DNA of 64,000 bases from Candidatus Bathyarchaeota archaeon RBG_16_48_13. Lineage in GTDB: Archaea; Thermoproteota; Bathyarchaeia; RBG-16-48-13. The stretch's first letter is position 1. Each line of letters starts with the position of its first letter. The notes below the pieces were generated by a model, which saw nothing but the letters and a program-made list of their open reading frames with translations, had not been told where the DNA came from and searched no databases. Below are positions 9,750 to 19,278 of this stretch, in pieces. The stretch is taken from the NCBI GenBank assembly GCA_001775995.1, contig MEZH01000001.1, positions 25,460 through 89,459 on the forward strand, in the 5' to 3' direction. The position numbers and the translations under genes were made by a program.

Positions 9750-10586
9750 TTGTTGAGACCATTTGTTCCATGGCCCGCCCTTCTATATGAGGAGAGAGGT
9801 GAGAAGACCCTGATCATAGGAGACCTTCACTTGGGTTATGAGATGGCTTTGGCCAAGGAGGGAATAAACATACCATCTCAGACGTTTAGACTTGAAAAAA
9901 GGTTGTTGGAGATTATCCGCGAGATAAAACCAGAGAGATTGATTATGATCGGTGACGTGAAGCATAGTATTCCTAACATCTCTCTTCAAGAATGGACTGA
10001 TATTCCCAAGTTCTTTGAAGATGTCAAAGCTGAGGTGGATGTGGTGGACGTGGTCCCAGGAAATCACGACGGCGACTTAGAGCCCCTCTTGCCTCGTGGG
10101 ATCAATCTGAGGGATGCAAGGGGAGTACTATTAGGGGAAGAGAATAAGGTGGGCGTGTTTCATGGACATACTTGGCCTTCCCATGAGCTGTTAGCAGCGA
10201 GGTATCTTGTAACAGCCCATAACCATCCTATGGTTCAGTTTAGGGATCCGTCGGGGTTCAGAATTGTCAAGCAGACTTGGGTGAAAGCACCATGCGATGA
10301 GAAGGCCCTAGCCAGAAAGATTTTGGAGAAACTCCATATAAGGGACGAAGGGAACGAACTGAGAGTACTCCATGAAAGGTTCGGGATCAAGCTGGAAAAG
10401 ATGACTCTGATCATAATGCCTGCGTTCAACGATATTTTGGGAGGAGTGATCGTGAATCGGATAGGCATTATGAGACATATTGGCCCTCTCGGAAGGTCAG
10501 ACGTGACGGATATGAATGAGGCAGAAATCTATCTTCTGGATGGTACGTATATCGGCCTAGTGAAAAATCTAAGGGGTCATCCTTAG
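9750..10586 (+). CDS. Calcineurin-like metallophosphoesterase
   Basis: 278 aa with the ordered motifs GDLHLG, GDVKH, GNHD and GH. Confidence 0.7.
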   Translation: MLRPFVPWPALLYEERGEKTLIIGDLHLGYEMALAKEGINIPSQTFRLEKRLLEIIREIKPERLIMIGDVKHSIPNISLQEWTDIPKFFEDVKAEVDVVDVVPGNHDGDLEPLLPRGINLRDARGVLLGEENKVGVFHGHTWPSHELLAARYLVTAHNHPMVQFRDPSGFRIVKQTWVKAPCDEKALARKILEKLHIRDEGNELRVLHERFGIKLEKMTLIIMPAFNDILGGVIVNRIGIMRHIGPLGRSDVTDMNEAEIYLLDGTYIGLVKNLRGHP

Positions 10587-10789
10587 GGTTTGACAGTTGA
10601 CCGTTTCAGTAGCTCTCTAGACACTATCAAGCCTGAGGCTTGGATTAGTCCTCTTGTGATGCTTGCACCATCACCTATTGTGAAGAGGTTATGTATCTTC
10701 GTTTTCCAAGGGGCGTTTGAGTTCCAAGCGAGAGGATAGGACTTTACCTAAATGCCATAGATAAGAATGTGTTGTCAAGATTTGTATCG

Positions 10790-10879
10790 TGGTGGGGCCG
10801 CCCGGATTTGGACCGGAGTCACGTGGGCTCTCGCCAAGTCCCGAGCCACGTAGCCTAGACCAAGCTAGCCGACGGCCCC
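10790..10879 (-). tRNA. tRNA-Pro(CGG), one ~12-nt canonical intron, CCA encoded
   Basis: Reverse complement folds as GGGGCCG TC GGCT AGCTTGGTCTA GGCT A CGTGG CTCGGG[12-nt intron] CCACG TGAC TCCGG TCCAAAT CCGGG CGGCCCC A CCA. Confidence 0.85.
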
Positions 10880-11036
10880 TCAACTTCTCTCTTGAGACCT
10901 TGCTGGAGAGATTCTCCTTCTAGGCTAAAAACCTTGATTCAGTTTTGGCACACACTCAATTGAAAACAGACAACAAACCGTCAACGAGGAATCAAGAAGT
11001 AAGAAAAAGGAAGAGGCCAGATTAGTCTCGCGCGGT

Positions 11037-12263
11037 TTATTTTTCCGGCGCTATTTCGTTGAAAGTCAGGAACCTCATATTCACTGGCCGTTTTGTGACA
11101 TCGGAAATCCTATCCGCAACCAGAGTCTTAACACCTTTTTCGCCTGCTATGTCTACTAACCTTTGGGTTATAACCCCATCAAATACTACTGTGTCGGCAC
11201 CTTCTATTTGTTGTAGTTTTTCCGCAAGTTCGTTCACCGGGAGTCTCAAAATAGTTGCCATGCTGCTGCTCAGGATAACAGCTTCTAGGGTGTTTCTAAG
11301 TTCGTTGACAACTTCTAGGATTTGCGATTGGACAGGGACTTTGGGGATCTCTTTTAGCTCGATGGATTCTTTGCGCTCTTTCGGTGCTGGTATTTCCCGA
11401 AACTCTCTTGGTTCTCTAGGCTCTCTGTGGTGGTGTTTCATGCTCTCCTTGATTTGATCGATTGGGATCTTTTCTTTCAGCGCTTTCAATATTTCCTTTG
11501 GTGTAAGTTCCTCTACTTCTTTGCCTTGTGGCGCTCTTGCCACGTAGTCAATATTTGCCACTTGAAGAAGTTCTTTTAGGATCAAGTCGCCACCTCTGTC
11601 CCCGTCCAAGAAGGCTGTGACCTCTTTCTCTCTGGATAGCTTACCGATGGTCTCAGGCATCTTGGCGCCCTCAACAGCTACGGTGTTCTTGATACCGCAT
11701 CTAAGGAGATTTATGATGTCTGCTCTACCTTCGACTATTATTATGGACGGGGAGGAAATCATTTCGGGTCCCGCAGGCAATTCGTCAGGACCATAACTCA
11801 CCACGTCTTGAATTTTCATGGTGTCAGAGACTTCTTTTATGACTTCGTCGATGCTAGGAATCGACTCAATGGTCCATTTTTGGAGTATTTGCTTAGCCCG
11901 ATCTATGATGACTTTTCTCTTTTCTTCCCTAGCATCGTCTATCTTCTCGATGCTCAACTTCGCGGCGCATGGACCTATCCTATCCACGCTTTCTATTGCA
12001 GCAACGATAATTGAAGTAGAAACTCGATCCAAGCTTGATGTTATTGTGATGGTACCATAAGTCCTGTCTTTCTTGGACTCTAAATCTATTTCTATTCTTC
12101 CGACCCTACCAGTTTTTTGGAGTTCTCTCAGGTCAAGCTCTGAACCGAATAGCCCTTCAGTTTGGCCGAATATTGCGCCTATTACGTCGGGTTTTTCGAC
12201 AACCCCATCAACTTCAAATTTGCCTTTAATAACATATTTAGTTGTAAATTGTGATGCAACCAT
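11037..12263 (-). CDS. dnaG: Archaeal DnaG (TOPRIM primase-like, exosome-associated)
   Basis: 408 aa. N-terminal KYVIKGKFEVDGVVEKPDVIGAIFGQTEGLFG, then TOPRIM motifs IIVEGRADIINL and FLDGDRGGDLI. Confidence 0.85.
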   Translation of the reverse strand: MVASQFTTKYVIKGKFEVDGVVEKPDVIGAIFGQTEGLFGSELDLRELQKTGRVGRIEIDLESKKDRTYGTITITSSLDRVSTSIIVAAIESVDRIGPCAAKLSIEKIDDAREEKRKVIIDRAKQILQKWTIESIPSIDEVIKEVSDTMKIQDVVSYGPDELPAGPEMISSPSIIIVEGRADIINLLRCGIKNTVAVEGAKMPETIGKLSREKEVTAFLDGDRGGDLILKELLQVANIDYVARAPQGKEVEELTPKEILKALKEKIPIDQIKESMKHHHREPREPREFREIPAPKERKESIELKEIPKVPVQSQILEVVNELRNTLEAVILSSSMATILRLPVNELAEKLQQIEGADTVVFDGVITQRLVDIAGEKGVKTLVADRISDVTKRPVNMRFLTFNEIAPEK

Positions 12264-12376
12264 ATTTTGTCGCCTTTTCCTTTTTTCTTCAATTTCAAAT
12301 TCCTCTTTACATTATGACCGTAATCGTGTGAGACAACTATTAGATCATTGTAAGAGGTATGTATCCCAAGTCGCTA

Positions 12377-12799
12377 TCATAGCTTAAGTGTACTTTTTAA
12401 TCTTTCCATATATCTGGATAGACTTTCGATATCCTTTATTTCATGTCGCACTAGGCTCTTGATCCTTCTCCAGAATACCAGATTCGCCTTGACCCTATTT
12501 CCCTCCAATGAACCACGGAGGCGCCCCGCCAACTCGCGCCCATAACGATCAAAGTCGGTCAATATTATGACGGAATTCTGCGTATCACTTATCTCCTCAA
12601 CAAGATTAGTAAGAGCTTTGCCACTATTATGCAAACATATGATTTTGCCTGTGACGCCTAATTCACGAAGGGCGACAACGTCTTTTCTTCCTTCAACTAT
12701 GATAGCCGTCTCTTTGGATTCTTCAGCAAGTTTCTCCACGAGCTTTATTAACGTTTCTGCCCTTTGCTCAATGTTCAATTGCACACCTGTTCGGATCAC
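12377..12799 (-). CDS. Small stand-alone TOPRIM-domain protein
   Basis: 140 aa. IIVEGRKDVVAL (Glu motif) and ILTDFDRYGRELA (DxD motif). Overlaps the tyrS stop by 4 nt. Confidence 0.6.
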   Translation of the reverse strand: MIRTGVQLNIEQRAETLIKLVEKLAEESKETAIIVEGRKDVVALRELGVTGKIICLHNSGKALTNLVEEISDTQNSVIILTDFDRYGRELAGRLRGSLEGNRVKANLVFWRRIKSLVRHEIKDIESLSRYMERLKSTLKL

Positions 12800-13878
12800 C
12801 GAGTTATGCTTCTCTTATTTAGAAAATCGTATAGGTTCCTTGCTTCTTCATTCTCGGCAAAATACCTCCTGACGGGTTTCAATCGTTCATTAAGGACTTT
12901 TATGGTGCTGTTCTTCAGGTCCAAGGGATGTAACTTTCCTTCAGAATAGAAGGATGTCAATCGTTCGATCGATTCTATTGAGATATCTCCGCCGTATTTC
13001 CTAGGTCTGTCTATTGGCAGACTGAAGCTAGAGTCTGTGAAAAACAGATAGCGATTTAGATCGATTACTGGATTACCCTCAACAATTCTTGGTGGACAAT
13101 AAGCAGCACTGATTTTTTTTTCTATTACTTCTTCCGAATCGTGGATGAAAATGGCGGTTTCGGGTTTGGATTTGCTCATCTTAATCTCCATAAGTTCCGT
13201 TTCAGATTTGGAGATATCCATTCTACCCGCCCCTGTAAGCGATGACATAAGCGGTGTGTGGATTGCGATAACCCTCTTCTTGCCGAGTTTCTCTGCTGCA
13301 TCCCGAGCTAACATATGAGCTTTCCTTTGGTCAGTTCCACCCAGACATATGTCGAGATTCAAATAGAAAATGTCAGCCACTTGCATGCACGGATAGACTA
13401 GTTTGGAGAAATCCATTGTTCCTTCCTTACCCTTTCTTCCCAGAATAGTCATAGTTCGTTTCATTCTGAGAAGAGATGAACTCTTGGCCACTTTCAGAAC
13501 AAGCGCCCAATAATCCGGATCTTCTACCAGGTCATCTGCCGTTATGACCTTAAATCTATTCACGTTAATACCCAAGGCTCTGATGCAATGGATGATATAG
13601 TCACCACACTTCTGGATCGCTTTCATATCTCCACCGAGTTTGTCATTTATCCAAGCATGCCAAGTAGCTTGGAGGAAAACCATCTCAATATCGGCTTCGA
13701 TCAGCTCCTTGAGTTTTGATGCCCAAATCATCCAACCCACGTGGAAAAAGCCACTAGGCTCAACCCCAATATATCCTCTTAACGGTTTCTTCTCTTGGAG
13801 CAGTTTCTTCAGATCTATTAGTGTGACCACTTCAGTAGCATTCTTAGTGATCAGGGACAACTTTTCTGAGAAATCCAT
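12796..13878 (-). CDS. tyrS: Tyrosyl-tRNA synthetase (archaeal type)
   Basis: 360 aa, collinear from memory with M. jannaschii TyrRS: YIGVEPSG, YPCMQVADI, GGTDQRKAHMLARD, KMSKSK, AAYCP..VEGNPV, RP.KYGGD, LHPLDLKN. Confidence 0.85.
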   Translation of the reverse strand: MDFSEKLSLITKNATEVVTLIDLKKLLQEKKPLRGYIGVEPSGFFHVGWMIWASKLKELIEADIEMVFLQATWHAWINDKLGGDMKAIQKCGDYIIHCIRALGINVNRFKVITADDLVEDPDYWALVLKVAKSSSLLRMKRTMTILGRKGKEGTMDFSKLVYPCMQVADIFYLNLDICLGGTDQRKAHMLARDAAEKLGKKRVIAIHTPLMSSLTGAGRMDISKSETELMEIKMSKSKPETAIFIHDSEEVIEKKISAAYCPPRIVEGNPVIDLNRYLFFTDSSFSLPIDRPRKYGGDISIESIERLTSFYSEGKLHPLDLKNSTIKVLNERLKPVRRYFAENEEARNLYDFLNKRSITR

Positions 13879-13904
13879 AGTAATCTCGCTCAGTTGCTAG
13901 AACT

Positions 13905-14205
13905 TTCATCGCAAGGTCCCTAATATGGGTTCTTAGCTTCCGGGAGGCGCAGCCTGTCTCCCAAGTAACTAACACTCAGTCTCACTGTAGGGCATTATGC
14001 CCACCTAAACTGAGCTCTCAGGTCATGGGATGTTGGCGTCTCCCGCCCCCGTCTGTCCCATATCTGGATAAACCTTTCTTCATTGAGGGGCTCTCGCCTA
14101 TCTTTGTCAGGACCGTCTATATGGGGCGTAAAGCAATCTACGGAGGTTCGCGGTCCTTCTGGGACCGCTAGATAGAGTTTATCTCACTATGGGATTAATC
14201 TTGCT
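13905..14205. ncRNA. Candidate structured RNA or long leader of unknown class
   Basis: About 300 nt between pheT and tyrS with no ORF of 60 aa or more. Richer in G+C than its flanks. Many nested complementary segments: GGUCCC/GGGACC at the ends, AUAUGGG/CCCAUAU, CUCAGU/ACUGAG, GGGCA/UGCCC, and the GCGGUCC..GGACCGC hairpin. Confidence 0.4.
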
Positions 14206-14211
14206 ACGCAT

Positions 14212-15825
14212 TCATTCTTCAGACTGAGTCAGAAGTTCAGTCATGTTGATCTCTAGGGCTACAACGGGATTTTCAAGCTCGAAGTTTTTGAGAACCTCAG
14301 GATGGATTTCGCCTAGAATAGCTATCTCGGCATCCTCTGTCCTAATTTGCGCAGATCTTCCGTCAATGAAACTGGGGTGGTGAGAACCCTCGATGCTCCA
14401 ATGCTTTAGGTTGAGAGTCTTAAAAGTTGTATATGCTATGGACTGAACCTCCTCGAAGCTAGCCTTGTAGTTGCATATAACGGCGGCCAGCTTCCTCAGG
14501 GTTCTTGGAGAGGATTTTGGGGCGTAGCCTATCACGTCGCCGCATTCAAAAATCTTTTGCGGATACTGAACATGTCGATTGAAGCTGAGATAGTTCAGAA
14601 GGCCAGGAATGAGGGAGTCACGTAACATATGATATTCCATTGACATGGGATTTGAGATCTCTATTAGATTGTCTGCCTCTCTTTTCATCTTCGTGCAGAG
14701 TATATTCTTGTTGCTTAGGATGTAGTTTAGAACCTCTTGGAAGGCGAAGCCTACCATTATCTCTCTGGCCGTCCGAGTCAATGTTGAAATTGCAAGTTCT
14801 TTTCCAACCGTGGCCGTGGAGGGAAGCTCTGGGGTTAGGTTGTTGAAGCCATAAGACATCACCACATCCTCCACTAGATCAATCTGGTGAAGAATATCAC
14901 ATCTGTATGGTGGAATCAAAACTCGTATTTTGCGCCCATCTATAGGTTTAGCACTATGTCCAGCTCTTCGGAGTAATCTCGTCATACTCCCCGCGCCCAT
15001 GGAGAGGCCGAGGGTTTGATTCGCATAATCTATGTTCATAGTCATCTCAGTTGGCTTGAGGAGTGGAGTAGCTATTTTCCGACCAGTTGAATATTTGATC
15101 GAGACGATTTCCGGATTGCCGCCTCTAAGAGCTAGATTATATATGAGTATGTTGTTGACAGAATTTACCAGGCGCTCATCGAGTCCTGTGACGTCGATGA
15201 AAAGGTCTTCTGTAAGGGATGTGACACGCGTGTCCTCGCTGTTCAAGATAGGCGGCATCGAAAGGACAATTCCGTTTTCGTCTCTGAGAAGAGGGTAGAC
15301 GCGCAGTTGCTTTATTATTGGGGCATATCTAATGCCTTTATCCGTCCTCTCTAGGATTTCCGTTCCACTCATCTTCTCATTTGCATCCAAGGGAACGAAA
15401 GAGATCTTACCAGGCGAAACTGCCTCATATATTATGTTGGGGCTGACTCTATCCAAGTCATATATGCCAATGGAGGCTTTCCTCCTATTTCGGCAATAAG
15501 TTTCGTGAAGTTTCTCTTGAAGTTGCATCATCTGCCTTACTATCTCGTCTGATAGTTTTATTCCTCTCAGAATCGAGCAGGCTATGAATGGCCTGACCTT
15601 TTCGGTAGAAGCTAGGACTTTAACGTTTACCGGCCCCTTTTTTGCCATAATCTTTTGGGGACCAGTTTTCATTTCCATAAAACTTCTCAGTGCCCTTACA
15701 ACTCCCTCAACGCTCAACATGTCGGGGCGATCCGAGTTCAGTTCGAGCGTTATTTCGTCGCCAATGGTCGCTTTTACCTCGCATTTTATGGAAGGGAGAT
15801 AAACTTCGAGCTCACCTAGAGTCAT
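14212..15825 (-). CDS. pheT: Phenylalanyl-tRNA synthetase beta subunit
   Basis: 537 aa, the typical archaeal PheT size. ELNSDRPDMLSVEGVVRAL matches the conserved NRPD..S..G.AR motif. Immediately downstream of pheS. Confidence 0.85.
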   Translation of the reverse strand: MTLGELEVYLPSIKCEVKATIGDEITLELNSDRPDMLSVEGVVRALRSFMEMKTGPQKIMAKKGPVNVKVLASTEKVRPFIACSILRGIKLSDEIVRQMMQLQEKLHETYCRNRRKASIGIYDLDRVSPNIIYEAVSPGKISFVPLDANEKMSGTEILERTDKGIRYAPIIKQLRVYPLLRDENGIVLSMPPILNSEDTRVTSLTEDLFIDVTGLDERLVNSVNNILIYNLALRGGNPEIVSIKYSTGRKIATPLLKPTEMTMNIDYANQTLGLSMGAGSMTRLLRRAGHSAKPIDGRKIRVLIPPYRCDILHQIDLVEDVVMSYGFNNLTPELPSTATVGKELAISTLTRTAREIMVGFAFQEVLNYILSNKNILCTKMKREADNLIEISNPMSMEYHMLRDSLIPGLLNYLSFNRHVQYPQKIFECGDVIGYAPKSSPRTLRKLAAVICNYKASFEEVQSIAYTTFKTLNLKHWSIEGSHHPSFIDGRSAQIRTEDAEIAILGEIHPEVLKNFELENPVVALEINMTELLTQSEE

Positions 15826-15883
15826 CTCTTTCTTAAGGAGTTCGCACAGGTCGCTATGGCTTACTGTAATCGTTGGCGTATGC

Positions 15884-17392
15884 TCACCTCAAGGGTTTCG
15901 CGCGAAGCCAATCCAGTTTTTTTGTAAAAAGCTCTCTAATGTCATCTATTCCGAGAGATGCCATGGCGATCCTATCTATGCCTATTCCCCACGCTAGGAC
16001 TGGGCAATCTAGCCCCAACGGCTTGATAACTTCAGGTCGGAAAATTCCTCCTGGCAGGCATTCGATCCAGCCGAGCCTTGGGTGCTGCACAAACCCCTCC
16101 ACGCTGGGTTCTGTGAAAGGAAAGTATCCCGGCTTGAACTTGACCTTGTCTATCCCAAAAGCCCTTGAGAACTCTTTGAGGAATCCCAGAAGGTGTCTGA
16201 AGTTCGCGTCTTTGCCCATCACTATTCCTTCGCATTGATAGAACTCCATTGAGTGAGTTGCATCCAAGAAGTCAGGTCGGAAATTGCGGGAAATGCAAAA
16301 CATCTTCACTGGAGGCCTCTTGTGAGTTGAGAGATAATGTATAGAGGTGGCAGTAGTCTGAGTTCTTAGGATGAGGCGGCGGGCGATCTCAGGGTTCCAT
16401 TTATATCTCCAGCCTGTTGATCCGGTTATCCAGCCATTCTCATGGGTCCACATGACTCTTCTCATGAGCCCTCTGTCTGAGATTCTCCCCTTTGTAGGGT
16501 TCTTGAGGGCATAGCTATCATGAACCTCACGCGCAGGGTGATCTTGGGCTTGAAATAGCACATCGAAATTCCAGAACTCAGTCTCAATATATGAGCTCTC
16601 AGCTTCTGCAAATCCCATACTTATTAAGAAACGCCGCACATCCTCGAGGAATTCCAGATAGACATGCTTCTTTCCTGGATATACGACCGGCGGCTCGGCC
16701 TTCACGTCATAGGGAACGAACTTTGCCTCCTTCCAGAGGTCATATTTCAATACGTCGGCGGTCAGCGCGCTTATCTCTCGAATTCCCTTCAAATCTTTCT
16801 CAGATAGGGAGCGCCCCTTCTCTGTAAGATAAGCCTCTCGCAGAGTTCTCTCCACAACTTCCAAGAGGTTCCTCTTGCGAAGGACGTTCAATGCCTCTCT
16901 ACACTCCGAGGTCAGGTCGTCTATTGGGAGCTCGTTTTTCTTCTCAAACAGAATTAGGAGCTGTTCATCTAGCCCTTGTTCCTGGTCTCTCTTGGCAGAT
17001 ATGAGAATTCCGCCATCTCTTCTCGTTAATGTGGCCCATCCTTTCTTCTTAAGCCAGCCAAGAGCCATGTTAATGACACTTTCATCTAGGCCAGTATGTT
17101 TGCCGACGTCATACGTAGTCAGTTCTCCACCCTTGTCCAATACAGCTTCAAGTATCTGTCTTTCGGGCAGACCTTTCGACAAGTATGAAGAGCCTTCCTC
17201 TAAAAGATATGCGAAGCTCTGGTTTCTTTCTCTCAGTTCGACCAGTCTCTTTTCTGAAAGCGCGAATATTGCTTGCATTAGAGCAGGGCCTTTGAGCTCG
17301 CTTATTTGGGTCAACCTTTCTACGTCTGTATGATCATCGACCTTTTTCAAGGCGAGAATCGCAAGACGCTCGTTTTCCCTTAGGTCAGTCAA
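15884..17392 (-). CDS. pheS: Phenylalanyl-tRNA synthetase alpha subunit
   Basis: 502 aa. Class II motif 2 (FRPDFLDATHSMEFYQCEG) and motif 3 (GIGIDRIAM). Confidence 0.9.
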   Translation of the reverse strand: MTDLRENERLAILALKKVDDHTDVERLTQISELKGPALMQAIFALSEKRLVELRERNQSFAYLLEEGSSYLSKGLPERQILEAVLDKGGELTTYDVGKHTGLDESVINMALGWLKKKGWATLTRRDGGILISAKRDQEQGLDEQLLILFEKKNELPIDDLTSECREALNVLRKRNLLEVVERTLREAYLTEKGRSLSEKDLKGIREISALTADVLKYDLWKEAKFVPYDVKAEPPVVYPGKKHVYLEFLEDVRRFLISMGFAEAESSYIETEFWNFDVLFQAQDHPAREVHDSYALKNPTKGRISDRGLMRRVMWTHENGWITGSTGWRYKWNPEIARRLILRTQTTATSIHYLSTHKRPPVKMFCISRNFRPDFLDATHSMEFYQCEGIVMGKDANFRHLLGFLKEFSRAFGIDKVKFKPGYFPFTEPSVEGFVQHPRLGWIECLPGGIFRPEVIKPLGLDCPVLAWGIGIDRIAMASLGIDDIRELFTKKLDWLRAKPLR

Positions 17393-17443
17393 TTGAGAGA
17401 ATCACCATTAGAGTCATTTTCCCATGGATGAAATTTCAACTAT

Positions 17444-18595
17444 CTATTTTAGAGATAATATTAGTTGCTCCCTACTCCTAGCCAATAGCTCACGGGATTT
17501 GTCGATGAGCTTGGCTTTTCTTCTCTGATGCTCATTCAAGAAGTTCGTAACGAGCTCCGCCGCCTCCTTCTTGCAGTCGCCACATATTCTCTTGCCTTGC
17601 ACGCATTCATTGTAGATCTTCTTGACCAATGCGTCGTCTTCAGCGAAGTGTATGACACACAGCTCATAATTAACACATTTCTCGGGTTCGCCGCCGTACT
17701 TCTTCTGGTTCTCAGTGGTCTCTCTGCCGCCTGTGAAGCAACTCATTACTTTCTTTTTAGCCAACGTTGGGTTGTCGTCAAGAGTCAGGAGGCTAAGAGG
17801 ATCCCTCTTAGACATCTTATACTCCCCTGAAAGCGAACGGGTCAGCTTATGGTATATGGCGCTGGGCAAGACAAATTTAAAATCCGGATAATATTTTTTT
17901 GCTAAGTCACGGGCAAGCCGGATATGAGGATCTTGATCCGCACCAACCGGAACTAGCACTGGCTTAGGTCCTCCAAAACCTTCAGTCTGGGGCAGGAGAA
18001 TGTCGCCTGCTTGAATCAAAGCAGACACATAAAGCCCGAAGGGTTTCTTGCCATAGATTGCTTCCATCATATTATTGGTGACGCCCCGTGAAAAGATGAA
18101 TGCCATGTTCATGACTGTCAGTGCCTCTGACTGTTTGTAGACGTAGGCTCTATCTGGATCAAGCCCCAGAGCAAGTATATCTGCGACGTTATTCGTGGCT
18201 ATTTCGGATGTCTCGGCAAAAGTAAGCCCATTGTCGCAGTAGGCTTCCACATCGGCTATGGCATAGAAAGCGCGAGCATTTCGCGAGATCTTTTGGAAGT
18301 ATATAATATCATCAGCGGTCATCTTGCTTCCCAAATGAAAGGGCCCCGTGGGTTTGATGCCTGACATTACTGCGTAGAGTTCATTGTTCTCTATGGCCTT
18401 AAGAATACGCTCGAGATTCCTGTGGCCGAAATCAATATTCCTCCTTATGTAACGATTCGATTCGAAAGCTCTGAATTTCGATTTATCCAGAGGTTCTATA
18501 CCAAATAGGTCAAAAAGCTTTGAGTAATCCCTTATGTCAGTAGTGCCCCAAGGATCGAGCTTTATAGTGTCTTTCAATGCCTCTCTAACCTCCAT
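17444..18595 (-). CDS. trpS: Tryptophanyl-tRNA synthetase (archaeal/eukaryotic type)
   Basis: 383 aa. GIKPTGPFHLGS (HIGH-like), GADQDPHIRLARD, KMSKR. Confidence 0.85.
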   Translation of the reverse strand: MEVREALKDTIKLDPWGTTDIRDYSKLFDLFGIEPLDKSKFRAFESNRYIRRNIDFGHRNLERILKAIENNELYAVMSGIKPTGPFHLGSKMTADDIIYFQKISRNARAFYAIADVEAYCDNGLTFAETSEIATNNVADILALGLDPDRAYVYKQSEALTVMNMAFIFSRGVTNNMMEAIYGKKPFGLYVSALIQAGDILLPQTEGFGGPKPVLVPVGADQDPHIRLARDLAKKYYPDFKFVLPSAIYHKLTRSLSGEYKMSKRDPLSLLTLDDNPTLAKKKVMSCFTGGRETTENQKKYGGEPEKCVNYELCVIHFAEDDALVKKIYNECVQGKRICGDCKKEAAELVTNFLNEHQRRKAKLIDKSRELLARSREQLILSLK

Positions 18596-19071
18596 TCTCT
18601 CATCAATGCACCGTTTCGGTCAATTATCTTTTTCAATATTCTGTCGGAGGAGATTGGTTTCCCATCTTCGGCCAATACCTGTCTTATGGCTATTATTTTC
18701 AGAGGTTTTAGTCCTTTCTTGCGCCTTTTCACATTAATCTCTTTTGCTCTAACTTTGGTTTCTTCGCTTACAACGATCACATCTATGTCTTTAAGGGTAA
18801 TTGCTGGACCATATGGATCAGTGATCGGAAATATGGAAAACCGTTTGACCGCTTGTTCCTTGAGATATGTTGCCAAATTCCTCTCCCTCTCCTCATAGGT
18901 TGAGATGAGATGTTCTTTGGATCTTCGACCCATTTCATCCGTCGTCAAACCAATGAGTAGGTATTCGGCTGTTTGAGCCGCTTTTTTCAGTAGTGCCTCA
19001 TGGCCTTTGTGAAAATGATCGAAAGTGCCACCAAGTATGGCTATCTTGTAGACTCGTGAGTCAGAATGCAT
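18574..19071 (-). CDS. Phosphopantetheine adenylyltransferase (archaeal cytidylyltransferase-fold PPAT)
   Basis: 165 aa. ILGGTFDHFHKGHEALL matches the GxFxxxHxGH nucleotidyltransferase motif, and the size fits archaeal PPAT. Overlaps the trpS start by 22 nt. Confidence 0.65.
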   Translation of the reverse strand: MHSDSRVYKIAILGGTFDHFHKGHEALLKKAAQTAEYLLIGLTTDEMGRRSKEHLISTYEERERNLATYLKEQAVKRFSIFPITDPYGPAITLKDIDVIVVSEETKVRAKEINVKRRKKGLKPLKIIAIRQVLAEDGKPISSDRILKKIIDRNGALMREWRLERH

Positions 19072-19095
19072 GAATAATCACTGATCATGAGTCTG

Positions 19096-19278
19096 TCATA
19101 ATTCAAGAGTCTCTCCAGGTTCAAGTATATGTATTTCAACTTCCGTCGCCTCTCTTTCAGCCATTGAGGCGAAGACCTCAACTTCTTGATGTATCCGCGT
19201 AAAAGTGTTGTAGTGACTGGGTATGACGATTTTGGGCTTCACTAGCTTTATCGCCTCAATTGCTTCTATTGGACCCAT
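19096..19278 (-). CDS. MBL-fold hydrolase (UPF0173-like), C-terminal part after the frameshift
   Basis: 60 aa: MGPIEAIEAIKLVKPKIVIPSHYNTF, the typical C-terminus of the same family. The upstream same-frame codons read IGGHYT. Confidence 0.7.
   Translation of the reverse strand: MGPIEAIEAIKLVKPKIVIPSHYNTFTRIHQEVEVFASMAEREATEVEIHILEPGETLEL

Noticed and set aside
10689-10883. ORFs overlapping tRNA genes. This one (tRNA-Pro), and likewise 22921-23298, 23327-23536, 29196-29531, 30814-30999, 31049-31362 and 34323-34547
   Set aside because: All are explained by tRNA or intron sequence, and none has a protein-like composition.
13905-14205. T-box-like riboswitch upstream of tyrS, or SRP RNA
   Set aside because: I found no recognisable specifier loop or conserved T-box sequence (the UAGGUGGGCAU resemblance is weak and mismatches the A73 discriminator of tRNA-Tyr). 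The conserved SRP helix-8 block GGAAGGGAGCA is absent.
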